From the NCBI GenBank assembly GCA_016839945.1, contig JAEOTE010000146.1:1-55865 (forward strand): DNA of 55,865 bases, in the 5' to 3' direction. This DNA comes from Candidatus Heimdallarchaeota archaeon (GTDB lineage Archaea; Asgardarchaeota; Heimdallarchaeia; Heimdallarchaeales; Heimdallarchaeaceae). Made by a program: the position numbers and the translations under genes. This document shows positions 1 through 8,623 of the stretch, piece by piece. How positions within the stretch are numbered: position 1 is the stretch's first letter; each line of letters begins with the position of its first letter. The notes under the pieces are model-generated. The model ran no database searches and was not told where the DNA came from. It saw only the letters and a program-made list of their open reading frames with translations.

Positions 1-93
1 ATAATAAATGTTTGAGTAAATTTGTATCAAACAGAAAGGTTCAAAAGATAGAAACAACATATAAGAAAAAAATTACAGATATGAGTGAGGAAA

Positions 94-354
94 ATGGAAT
101 TCTGCCCCGAATGTGGAAAACTACTGATTCCTAAGAAAAAAGGTAAATCAAAGCTGTTGGTTTGCGCTAAATGTGGGTATGAAAGAAAATTAAGTACTAA
201 GACCTCTTATGAAGTATCAGATGAAGTTGAACACAAAGCTCATGAAATAACAGAAGTTATTACAATTGAAGGAGAAGAAGGTTTATCAGAAGCAGAGCTA
301 GAAGAAAGACGTGAGAGATTCATAGAAGGTATAGATTTCTTTGAAACAGAGTAA
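94..354 (+). CDS. Truncated TFS/RpoM paralog (N-terminal Zn ribbon plus acidic tail, no C-terminal ribbon)
   Basis: MEFCPECGKLLIP...LVCAKCGY is the TFS/Rpb9 N-terminal ribbon. The C-terminal CxxC/QTRxxDE ribbon is absent. ATG at 94 follows GAGG (ORF track starts at 85). Confidence 0.8.
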   Translation: MEFCPECGKLLIPKKKGKSKLLVCAKCGYERKLSTKTSYEVSDEVEHKAHEITEVITIEGEEGLSEAELEERRERFIEGIDFFETE

Positions 355-1306
355 TAAAATACAGACTATCAGAACCAAAAGCATTTTACCAATGGTTATG
401 ATTAGATTTTCAGAGATAGCTATTAAAAGTTCAAAAACTAGAAGATGGCTTACAAATCAGTTAATTGACCACATTAAATATGTTCTAGATAACCATAGTT
501 TTGATGACTTTCAAATAATCAAAGAATATAGTCGTATTTTTATTATCACAGAGAAACCTGAGAAGGTTTGTAAAATAATTTCATCTTTAGTTCCAGGTGT
601 TGCGAGTACGAGTATTGTTTTTCATTCAACCACAAATTTGGATAAAATCCAACAAGTTATACAACTTCACTTCTCTCAAGATATCAGAAGAAGTAAAACT
701 TTTGCTGTTAAAGTTAAGAGAACTGGAAAGCATAGCTTTACGAGTATTGAACTTGCTGCAAAATTAGGAGAGTATATATTAGAAAGTAGTTCTGACATCC
801 AACTTAAGGTGGACTTATCAAATCCAGAATATGTTTTAAGTGTTGAAGTCAGAGATGAGGACACTTATATTTTCGATAAGATTGTGAAAGGTTTGGGTGG
901 TTTACCTACAGGATGTCAAGGGAGAGCACTTGTAATAGTGGAAGGAACAACGGAAGATGTTTCAAACATTATTCAATTATATAAAAGAGGAGTAAGCACG
1001 ATAATTTATTCACTAGAAAGTAAAAATAATCTTACTAGTGATTTTAGAAATAAAGTGGAGGGGATTTTAGCATTACAAAATAGATTGAAAATTAAAGAAA
1101 GAGAAATAAATTATAATGGTGAAGAAGACGAGATAATAACATTTTATACAAAATGCAAATGCTTAGCGATAGGTATCTCTAAAACTCTTTTTAAGAGAGT
1201 ATCAAAAATAGTCCCATTGACTATTCCTCTTCTTGTTCCACATTTGGTTACTGAAATTAACAATGAAGAGATAATGAAAATTTTACATCATCTAGTGATT
1301 AAATGA
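341..1306 (+). CDS. THUMP-domain, ThiI-like protein with degenerate PP-loop domain
   Basis: IRFSEIAIKS, TFAVKVKRTGKH, VDLSNPE..VEVR and GLGGLP match the ThiI N-terminal/THUMP region. The expected SGGxDS reads VEGTTED. Confidence 0.8.
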   Translation: MKQSNKIQTIRTKSILPMVMIRFSEIAIKSSKTRRWLTNQLIDHIKYVLDNHSFDDFQIIKEYSRIFIITEKPEKVCKIISSLVPGVASTSIVFHSTTNLDKIQQVIQLHFSQDIRRSKTFAVKVKRTGKHSFTSIELAAKLGEYILESSSDIQLKVDLSNPEYVLSVEVRDEDTYIFDKIVKGLGGLPTGCQGRALVIVEGTTEDVSNIIQLYKRGVSTIIYSLESKNNLTSDFRNKVEGILALQNRLKIKEREINYNGEEDEIITFYTKCKCLAIGISKTLFKRVSKIVPLTIPLLVPHLVTEINNEEIMKILHHLVIK

Positions 1307-1909
1307 AAGACGTTTTATCTCTCCTTTTGGAGTTGACTCCGAAAAAACGACACCTTGGAATTTTTCAACTGTTATCTTTTCATTCCTCCAAATATCTACT
1401 GGAAGGAATGCTTTTCTACAAGTATATGATATAAATTCCTCTTTATTCCATCCTTGTTCTATTGGAACTTGTGGTAGTAAAAGACCTTGAGACCTCCCAA
1501 GTTTAACAATAAGTCCATCTCCTGGGACTTCTATATTAACCAACAATTCATCTGGAGTGTTATACTGAATTTCTACTGGGGGGGTTAAAACTGTAACTTC
1601 AAAGATTAAATTTTGCAATTCATTTTCATTAACGGGGGGGAAACGTGGATCATGTAACGTGGATTCCTTCGCTAAATCAATGACTTCTTCGTATAATGAT
1701 TTAATTCCTATAGGATAACCAATACAACCTCTAAGAGTATGACCATCTTCAAAAGTACTTTTAACTGTTACAAATGCTCCAGTTGTTACTTTTGCTTGTT
1801 CAGGAATAGGTTCTATTGGGATTGGCAATTCATTTTTAATAATCCAACATTCTGCTGCATATCTAGCTAGTTTTACTAAATAAAACCCAGTATCATCAAT
1901 TACTTGCAT
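1292..1909 (-). CDS. AMMECR1-family protein
   Basis: GAFVT, LRGCIG, DPRFPPV, EVTVLTPP, GLLLPQVP..QGW, C.KA signature motifs. Confidence 0.93.
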   Translation of the reverse strand: MQVIDDTGFYLVKLARYAAECWIIKNELPIPIEPIPEQAKVTTGAFVTVKSTFEDGHTLRGCIGYPIGIKSLYEEVIDLAKESTLHDPRFPPVNENELQNLIFEVTVLTPPVEIQYNTPDELLVNIEVPGDGLIVKLGRSQGLLLPQVPIEQGWNKEEFISYTCRKAFLPVDIWRNEKITVEKFQGVVFSESTPKGEIKRLSFNH

Positions 1910-1914
1910 TTTGA

Positions 1915-2382
1915 TTACCTTGATTCAACTTCAGTTATTGTTCTTTTAATATCTTCCCAATGTCTACCTAACCAGAATATTTTACCACATTCTTTGCATT
2001 CCCAGAAAGTATCATAATACTCGAATGTACCTTTAGGAATTTTGTTTGCGATTTCATTTTTGTTTCTTTCTTGTAATTCACCATTACACATACTACATCT
2101 CATTTCTTTAGGAGGTATTTCTAAATTCAAGTCTATCTCTTTTTTTAAAACACGCAGTTGATCTACAATATTAGAAGTAGGCATCATAATAGAAGTTATT
2201 TCATTTTTATTGCTTAACTGTATAACTTTTCTAGCTTGTGACAGAATAATTCTGTTATTATTTTTTGCATTTTTCAGCATTGTTTCGATATCTTCTTCTA
2301 TACGATAAAGTGTATCATATCCTAAAAACCTTAGAAAACGAGAAAGCTTTCCTAGCATTGAATCTGCATAAAACTTACTCAT
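1915..2382 (-). CDS. Mut7-C RNase-like (PIN-related) protein with C-terminal Zn ribbon
   Basis: ADSMLGKLSRFLRFLGYDT, RCSMCNGEL, FWECKECGKIFWLGRHW. Confidence 0.88.
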   Translation of the reverse strand: MSKFYADSMLGKLSRFLRFLGYDTLYRIEEDIETMLKNAKNNNRIILSQARKVIQLSNKNEITSIMMPTSNIVDQLRVLKKEIDLNLEIPPKEMRCSMCNGELQERNKNEIANKIPKGTFEYYDTFWECKECGKIFWLGRHWEDIKRTITEVESR

Positions 2383-2968
2383 TACTTTCTATCAACTCTT
2401 GTGGTCCAGCACAATTGGGACACATATATAATCCTTTATTGAAGATAAGTTTGTCAGAATATTCTCTACAGTCATCACAATATCCTGCAAAATCTTCTTT
2501 CATTTCTGAATCTTGACCTTCACTAAGAAATCTAAGATATTCTTGTTCAAGAAGGATTAATTGTGGTACGACTTTGAAGATGTCAGTATCAGTACAGATA
2601 CCTACAACTTTTCCATCGATTCCTGTAATAACCAAGTGACGGATACTTTCCTTAAACATTGTTTGCATTGCTTGAATAATAGTTAATGATGGTGATGCAG
2701 TGATTAGAGGACTTGACATAGCATCTTCAGCTGTTACAGCTTCTCCAGATTTATTCTTTGCAATGACATTTCTTATTAGATTTTCTTTTGTAATGATGCC
2801 TTTAGTCTTTCCTGAATTATCTATAACAACAACTGAACCTATCTTGTTCTCAATCATTAATTTAGCACAAACTAAAGTTGATGTTTCAGGAGTAACGGTT
2901 ATGACATTTGTAGACATTATTTCTTTTATAGCCATCTCAAATTTTTGTCTGTCAAAGATTGATTTCAT
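2375..2968 (-). CDS. Tandem CBS-domain protein with C-terminal Zn ribbon
   Basis: Two CBS repeats (IGSVVV..GIIT; IRHLVI..GICT) followed by CDDC...CPNC. Confidence 0.9.
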   Translation of the reverse strand: MKSIFDRQKFEMAIKEIMSTNVITVTPETSTLVCAKLMIENKIGSVVVIDNSGKTKGIITKENLIRNVIAKNKSGEAVTAEDAMSSPLITASPSLTIIQAMQTMFKESIRHLVITGIDGKVVGICTDTDIFKVVPQLILLEQEYLRFLSEGQDSEMKEDFAGYCDDCREYSDKLIFNKGLYMCPNCAGPQELIESNE

Positions 2969-3062
2969 CTTGCTTAATACCTCATTATGCTATTGTAAAC
3001 AGATAATCTTAGTACTTTTAAAGGTTTTACATTTACTGTTTATTTTTAAATTTTCTATTTAA

Positions 3063-5075
3063 CTATTTTAGAATTTTAGAGTCACCTGGGATGAAAGGTA
3101 GAAAATCATTAACGGTCAGTGATTCCACTTTATATTTCTCATCTTCTGGGCATTTTTTAAGCAATATTTCTCTTATTTCCTTAGCTAGTTTTCCTTTAGG
3201 AACATCTCCTGGTTTAATTTGAATAGTTATTGAAGTTCGTTCTTCTACACTCTTTAAAGGTCCGCCAATAACTTGTGCATGTTCATCAAAAATCACTATC
3301 CCTACTGCATGGCTTATTTCAACATTTTTTTGATAATTCTTTGTTCCATAAATCATTACGCTTCCTTTTGATAGATACTGACCAGAAGGAGCAGTAAGGC
3401 TTACTTGATCGGGAAGAACACTGTAAACATCACCGACTAATTTCTTTCCCTTCCATATGCTAGAATAATTAAGCGCAAAAGTTGCTATTTCGTTTATACA
3501 ATCTTCTGAAAGATTTGTTTGACCTTCCTTTACAACAACATAGGGAGCACCATGTACATCAGCATGAAAGAATAAATCGTTATCATCTAGATAGGTTTTC
3601 AGGATTCTTTCATTTGTTTTTGCATCAGTTCCACCAATCACTATATGATCTTTACAAATAAACCAGTGAAACTTTTCATACCATCTTTTTGTTCTTTTTA
3701 TAACCATAGGTTTTGTTTCTATTTCCTTTTCAATCTCTTCTTTTTTCATACTAGCTTCTTCGATTTGCTTCTTTGATCTACCTATAGCTGCTTCTGCACC
3801 AGGCACCTTTCTTCTAGCTTTCTTCGATTTTTCATAGAAGCTATTAGCACTTTCTACTAATGGAAGCGTAAAATCTAGTTCAATTTTTTCTTCTTCACTT
3901 TTTTCATCAAAAAGTTTGAGAACTATTAACTTATTTTTAGGCTTTATTTCTTCAAAAAGCATAGCAGAAGCAATACCTTTTTCTTTTCCTATTACCAGCT
4001 TTTCTTCAATTTCTGTCCAAGAAACACCATTTCTTCTAGTCTTTAAGATAGTAGTAAGAAGTTCATCTACATCAATAAAATTAGCATAGAGTAAATCTCC
4101 TTTCTTCTTTTCTTTTTCTTCTTGATCTATTAATGATTTAAGATGCTTTTCTTGATTATTGAGTATCTTTTGAAATTTTGTTAATTTACCAGTTGTCTCA
4201 GTTTTATCTTCTGTAAATTCAGGCTCTTCTTCTTGTGTTGAGAAAAAGTCATCTAGCTCATCATTAAATGAATCTACTTCATTAACCTCCAAATCATCAT
4301 ACCTATTCATAGCAATTGGAGTAATATCTACAATCTCTTCCTCGTCTGTATATTTGTGATATACATAAGCCTTGTTAGTTATCGTTTTCTGTAAATTAGT
4401 AAGATTCTCAAAAATCTTATCTTTTTCGGCATCTTGAAGTTCTTCTACAGTTTTTGTAGAGACTTCTGCTTTGAGAAGTATATCTTTTGAATAAAGAGGA
4501 CCTAGACCCATTATCTCATTTAGAAAATTAACCACTTTACCACTTGATTTTGAAAGTTTATCAAAGAAAATTTCTTTGGTTATTGATGCAATGTTTAACT
4601 CGGAGGAGGGTGGAAAATTGAATTCTCTTCCTGGATGAACATCTCTATCTCTCATTCTCCTATAAACATAAGCTAGAATTATCTTGTTGTTAGGTCCAAC
4701 AAGTATAATATTCCCCTCACCAAATAGTTCAAGAATTAATTTGTAAAATCCATCTTTGTATGAAATCTCAAAAACAACAACTCTATCTAAATCTTTCTGA
4801 TAGAAGTCTTTTACTGGTAAATCCCTTATGTGTTTTCGCAAAGAAAGAATTTTGTTGTTTGGTGTTGTAGGTTTTTTACGAAAATACTTAGTGACATGAA
4901 ATCTTTTCCCAAGCTCAAAAACCATTTCAGAAGGACTTTCTGTTGTCTTACGAAACCTTAATATAACTCGATTTTTCCCGATTGAATAAATATTGTTAAT
5001 CCAGCTATTAACAATCTGCGGGCGTAATTCTGCTACTAAAGCAGCAATATCTAAACTGGATAATGACGTCTTCAT
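3063..5075 (-). CDS. rqcH: Ribosome rescue factor RqcH (NFACT/NEMF homolog)
   Basis: SSLDIAALVAEL, DRVV, ELFGEGNIIL, WYEKFHWF, GGTDAKTNE, FFHADVHGAP, APSGQYLSKGS. Confidence 0.95.
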   Translation of the reverse strand: MKTSLSSLDIAALVAELRPQIVNSWINNIYSIGKNRVILRFRKTTESPSEMVFELGKRFHVTKYFRKKPTTPNNKILSLRKHIRDLPVKDFYQKDLDRVVVFEISYKDGFYKLILELFGEGNIILVGPNNKIILAYVYRRMRDRDVHPGREFNFPPSSELNIASITKEIFFDKLSKSSGKVVNFLNEIMGLGPLYSKDILLKAEVSTKTVEELQDAEKDKIFENLTNLQKTITNKAYVYHKYTDEEEIVDITPIAMNRYDDLEVNEVDSFNDELDDFFSTQEEEPEFTEDKTETTGKLTKFQKILNNQEKHLKSLIDQEEKEKKKGDLLYANFIDVDELLTTILKTRRNGVSWTEIEEKLVIGKEKGIASAMLFEEIKPKNKLIVLKLFDEKSEEEKIELDFTLPLVESANSFYEKSKKARRKVPGAEAAIGRSKKQIEEASMKKEEIEKEIETKPMVIKRTKRWYEKFHWFICKDHIVIGGTDAKTNERILKTYLDDNDLFFHADVHGAPYVVVKEGQTNLSEDCINEIATFALNYSSIWKGKKLVGDVYSVLPDQVSLTAPSGQYLSKGSVMIYGTKNYQKNVEISHAVGIVIFDEHAQVIGGPLKSVEERTSITIQIKPGDVPKGKLAKEIREILLKKCPEDEKYKVESLTVNDFLPFIPGDSKILK

Positions 5076-5079
5076 GTAT

Positions 5080-5091
5080 ATCACTGGTGAT
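5080..5091. promoter_or_regulatory. Near-palindromic bidirectional RBS-like element (ATCACTGGTGAT)
   Basis: GGTGA lies 6 nt before TTG 5097 on +. AGTGA lies 5 nt before ATG 5075 on -. Confidence 0.4.
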
Positions 5092-5096
5092 TAAAT

Positions 5097-5462
5097 TTGA
5101 ATATTAACATGAGTAAAATATTTGATCGTATTAAAAATAATTTGAATCCGAAGAATATTTGGGAAAGAATTAAGGAAATGCCTAAAATGGATCATGTTTA
5201 TTGGTCCAAAGTTATTGTAGGGTTCATTATTGGTATAATTTTTGGAGCCACAAATTTCACTTCATGGCCAGCAGTACTAACTATGTTTCTAGTTTTCTTA
5301 GCAATTTCTGCATCATGGTTTCTTTATCTAAGAAACAAAGAACTTGGAATAAAAGTTCGATCTTATTTTACTTCAGCAATGTTTCAATACTTCTTAACAA
5401 CTATAGCAGTTTGGACATTAATCTGGGCAGCTTCTGGATATTTACCTTTTTATGATTGGTAA
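5097..5462 (+). CDS. EMC6/Rab5ip (OPTI/C20orf24)-like three-TM membrane protein
   Basis: D.VYW.K...G.I.G.I.G first TM, a second TM, then F...MFQYF...I.VWTL.W. This pattern and size recall the EMC6/Rab5ip family. Confidence 0.65.
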   Translation: MNINMSKIFDRIKNNLNPKNIWERIKEMPKMDHVYWSKVIVGFIIGIIFGATNFTSWPAVLTMFLVFLAISASWFLYLRNKELGIKVRSYFTSAMFQYFLTTIAVWTLIWAASGYLPFYDW

Positions 5463-5505
5463 TATATCCTTATTGTTTATTTTGTATGAATAGATGTGAT
5501 AAATA

Positions 5506-5820
5506 ATGAGCTCAAAAAAAACAAACTCTAAGAAACCAGAAGAAGAGTTTGAAAGAAAACCATCTTTAATGGAAAGACCAAGATTTAAGATTATATACAC
5601 AATAGTTGTGTTTCTCTTCATTGGTGCTGGTGTTATTCTCGTTATCTTATCATATACTGCTTTAAGCGGTAATGGATACATACTTTTTGTTGCGTTAGGT
5701 GTTCTTGGTATTGGCATCATCATGTTAACAATGAGATCTACCTACAAACATTCTGCTCCTTCAACATCAGAAGAAGAAGAGGAAGATAAGGACGAAGGTC
5801 TCAAAATGAGAGATAGATGA
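5506..5820 (+). CDS. Small two-TM membrane protein with charged termini
   Basis: Two hydrophobic stretches, basic N-terminus, acidic C-terminus. Confidence 0.75.
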   Translation: MSSKKTNSKKPEEEFERKPSLMERPRFKIIYTIVVFLFIGAGVILVILSYTALSGNGYILFVALGVLGIGIIMLTMRSTYKHSAPSTSEEEEEDKDEGLKMRDR

Positions 5821-5906
5821 TTCAATTTATCTATTTGGGAGTGTTTACATATTAGCGTAATACTTTAGACTTACCAATAATCAAATATTCCGACAATAAA
5901 TCTCTT

Positions 5907-6278
5907 ATGAAGAAGATGGAGAATTTAGTGTTTCAAGATAAAGTAGGGAAGTTTTTAGGAAGATATGGTGAAGTAAAGAAATTGGGAAGTTTAAAATTAG
6001 AATCCAATACACGAATTTTACCATTCATTGTTGAAAATGAAGATCAGAAATTTGCAGTTTTTGCTTTTCATTGGAAGAAAAGCATAGGAACAAACACCAT
6101 AATCAGGACAGAACATCAAATAAGTGAAATGCAGTGTGATGGTGCTATAATTATTGGAAATAGATTTTCTCAAAATTCCTATGACATGGTTAGTGATACT
6201 AACAAAAGAAGGAGTAAAAGAATCATTCTAATAAAAATGGAGGAAATGGAGGAAATTCTTTCATCGAATGTTTCTTGA
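5907..6278 (+). CDS. Mrr-like restriction-endonuclease-fold protein, probably inactive
   Basis: W...IG...I and DGAIIIG..FS..S pattern of Mrr_cat. The PD-(D/E)xK positions read LPF and FAF. Confidence 0.55.
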   Translation: MKKMENLVFQDKVGKFLGRYGEVKKLGSLKLESNTRILPFIVENEDQKFAVFAFHWKKSIGTNTIIRTEHQISEMQCDGAIIIGNRFSQNSYDMVSDTNKRRSKRIILIKMEEMEEILSSNVS

Positions 6279-6279
6279 T

Positions 6280-6330
6280 TTCAGAATTTTTTTTATTTTT
6301 TCCAAGTGATTTTTTACTTTCTTTTCTTCT
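6280..6330 (+). terminator. T-rich archaeal terminator
   Basis: Several oligo-T runs directly after the stop at 6278. Confidence 0.55.
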
Positions 6331-6430
6331 GAATAAAATATTAAGCTACTTTTTATATAAAACAATATTTTTCTAGGGAAAAACGCATAGAAAGCTTAAA
6401 AAACTCATTCAATTACCATTACTTGAAAGA

Positions 6431-7087
6431 ATGATTTCCCAGATACGAGAACCCTTAACGAAGATTGCACAACCAATAATAATCTTCTTTGCAAGATTAG
6501 GTATACATCCTACAGTTTTTACAGTAATTGGATTGTTACTCTCAATTGCTGCAGGTGTTTTTCTTGCTTTAGATAATTTTCTAGTTGCTTTTGTTCTTCT
6601 TTGGATTGGCGGAGCAATGGATTTTGTTGATGGGGGAGTAGCTCGATATTTGAAAGTTGATTCAAAGAAAGGATCATTTTTTGATAGTGTAATAGATCGT
6701 GTAAGTGATATTGCAGTATTTGTAGGAATCATTTGGAGTGAACCAGTAGATGGTGTCACAGGAACAATAATGGTAGCTTCAGCTCTTATGGTTAGTTATG
6801 TTCGTGCTAAAGGAGAAAGTATGGGCATCCAGAGGATGGCAGTAGGCATTATGGAAAGAGCAGAAAGATGGTTGGGATTAATCATTTTAATTTTCATCTC
6901 TCTTCTAGTACCCAATCAAGGTTTTGTAGCTCCTATTTACTACATAGCTGGTGAAGGTATTTCTTATTTCTCAATAGGTTATATGGTTTTAACTGGACTT
7001 TGTGTAATCACAGTAATTCAAAGATTCATCTATGCTTCAATCCAATTAACAAAGTCAGAAGAAGTTGAAGAACCACAACAATCATGA
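6431..7087 (+). CDS. CDP-alcohol phosphatidyltransferase (archaetidylinositol-phosphate synthase-like)
   Basis: DFVDGGVAR...GSFFDSVIDRVSD signature; SYVRAKGE; GIMERAER. Confidence 0.93.
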   Translation: MISQIREPLTKIAQPIIIFFARLGIHPTVFTVIGLLLSIAAGVFLALDNFLVAFVLLWIGGAMDFVDGGVARYLKVDSKKGSFFDSVIDRVSDIAVFVGIIWSEPVDGVTGTIMVASALMVSYVRAKGESMGIQRMAVGIMERAERWLGLIILIFISLLVPNQGFVAPIYYIAGEGISYFSIGYMVLTGLCVITVIQRFIYASIQLTKSEEVEEPQQS

Positions 7088-7180
7088 TTCAATAAAAACA
7101 ATTATTTTCGGTATACAACCTTTATTTCCTCAATTTGTGAGTAGATAGCCCAAAGGGGAAACGTTTTAAACACTCTAAGT

Positions 7181-7531
7181 ATGTTACAAATTAGATATGG
7201 TGGTTTTGTGTCTAATAGTAACTATAGCAGTAAGAAGAGTAAGAAACACATTAATGACACTGCAGTAAATAATCAAAAAGAATCAATCAAGGATTTATCG
7301 CGTACGAAGGAAATTGTAAAGGCACTATCTTCTGAAATAGGGACTCTTGTTGAACAATTCCTTGGGGCAATATATAATGTAGACGTAGCAGAAACTTTTG
7401 CAGATTCAATTATTAGGATATACAAAAAATTGAGAGATGAAGGCATATCAAAGAATGCTGCAGAGAAGATATTATGCGAGTATTCTGCTAATGTGGATAA
7501 GTTTGCTTCTATGCTTAAGAAGACAGATTAG
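7181..7531 (+). CDS. Hypothetical helical protein (first of an archaeal gene pair)
   Basis: ORF with YKKLRDEGISKNAAEKILCEY motif, related to the next gene. Confidence 0.65.
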   Translation: MLQIRYGGFVSNSNYSSKKSKKHINDTAVNNQKESIKDLSRTKEIVKALSSEIGTLVEQFLGAIYNVDVAETFADSIIRIYKKLRDEGISKNAAEKILCEYSANVDKFASMLKKTD

Positions 7532-7558
7532 AGACACATCTTCGAAGAAGGTGACTAA

Positions 7559-7843
7559 ATGGGAATATTTTCAATATTTAATCCTGTTTTAACTCTATAT
7601 TATAGGTTAGTGGTTAAAATAAAATTCTACTGGTACTCAAGAAAGAAACGGAAAAGAAAGAAGACCGCTAATGCCTTTCTAAAAGAGAAATTGAGTAATA
7701 AAGGAATAAAGGAAAAAACAGTAGATAAAATCATCGAAAATTATTTGAAATTTGGTGAAACGATTTTTGATAGAAAATTGATGCAAGGAGCTTTAAGTCT
7801 CGACAAGAAGATTCTCCCCAAACCTTTGAGAAGTAAAAAATAA
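7559..7843 (+). CDS. Hypothetical basic protein (second of the pair)
   Basis: GGTGA RBS upstream; Lys/Arg-rich patch; KLSNKGIKEKTVDKIIENY motif. Confidence 0.7.
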   Translation: MGIFSIFNPVLTLYYRLVVKIKFYWYSRKKRKRKKTANAFLKEKLSNKGIKEKTVDKIIENYLKFGETIFDRKLMQGALSLDKKILPKPLRSKK

Positions 7844-7920
7844 TTGGTTTACATCCTTGAGATTTTATCCTTTTTCGTAATCTTTATCTTTGGATGCTTT
7901 TTTCTATCTTTGGTGAATCA

Positions 7921-8598
7921 ATGTCTAAACCAAAAAAATACAAAGGAGAAACAATTTTTGACCATCTTCCAGAATATCTACCTACAACAAATATAGAGAA
8001 TCCTGTTTTTGTCAAATTACCTCCAGATAAGAAAGATTCGCGATTGAAAGATATTGAAAGAGAAATAGTGCATTATTGGGAGATTATACACCCAATGATG
8101 AAAGAATATATGATAATGCTATCTCGCTATGTCAATGAATTTGGCGAAGGCACTGATGATTTGGTTCATCTTCGAAGATCTTTGGATATAGAGTTAAGCA
8201 ATTCAGCTCAATTGTCTGATGAAAATCGAAAATTAAAAACTCAAATCTCTGATTTAGTTGTTGATAAGAAAGTTCTGAATGAAAAAGTAGAAGATTTAAT
8301 GAAACAAAGACCTACTCTTACTGCTGAAGAAATTCAAGCAATGAAACTTATGGTTTCTTCGAAATATGATATTTCTTCTGAAAGTTTAGAAGAAATGATG
8401 AAAAAAGCTGTTCAAGAAACAAGGGAAAGTGAAGAGATAACAAAAACAAGAGAAGAAAGAGCCAAAATGGAAAAAGAACTAGAAGACGCAAAAAAACACT
8501 TTGAGAAGACTCAAACTGAAGTGGGAGAAACATTTCAGAAAAAAATCTTAGAGTTACAATCTAAAATTGATGACCTAGAAGAAGAATTATCCAAATAA
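7921..8598 (+). CDS. Coiled-coil protein upstream of the Rab-like GTPase
   Basis: ATG 7921 follows GGTGA; two long heptad-rich E/K segments. Confidence 0.8.
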   Translation: MSKPKKYKGETIFDHLPEYLPTTNIENPVFVKLPPDKKDSRLKDIEREIVHYWEIIHPMMKEYMIMLSRYVNEFGEGTDDLVHLRRSLDIELSNSAQLSDENRKLKTQISDLVVDKKVLNEKVEDLMKQRPTLTAEEIQAMKLMVSSKYDISSESLEEMMKKAVQETRESEEITKTREERAKMEKELEDAKKHFEKTQTEVGETFQKKILELQSKIDDLEEELSK

Positions 8599-8623
8599 AA
8601 AAGTGCATAAATGGTGAATTACA

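Noticed and set aside
5506-5820. SPCS1- or Asterix-like identity for the two-TM protein
   Set aside because: Only the topology is similar; diagnostic motifs are absent.
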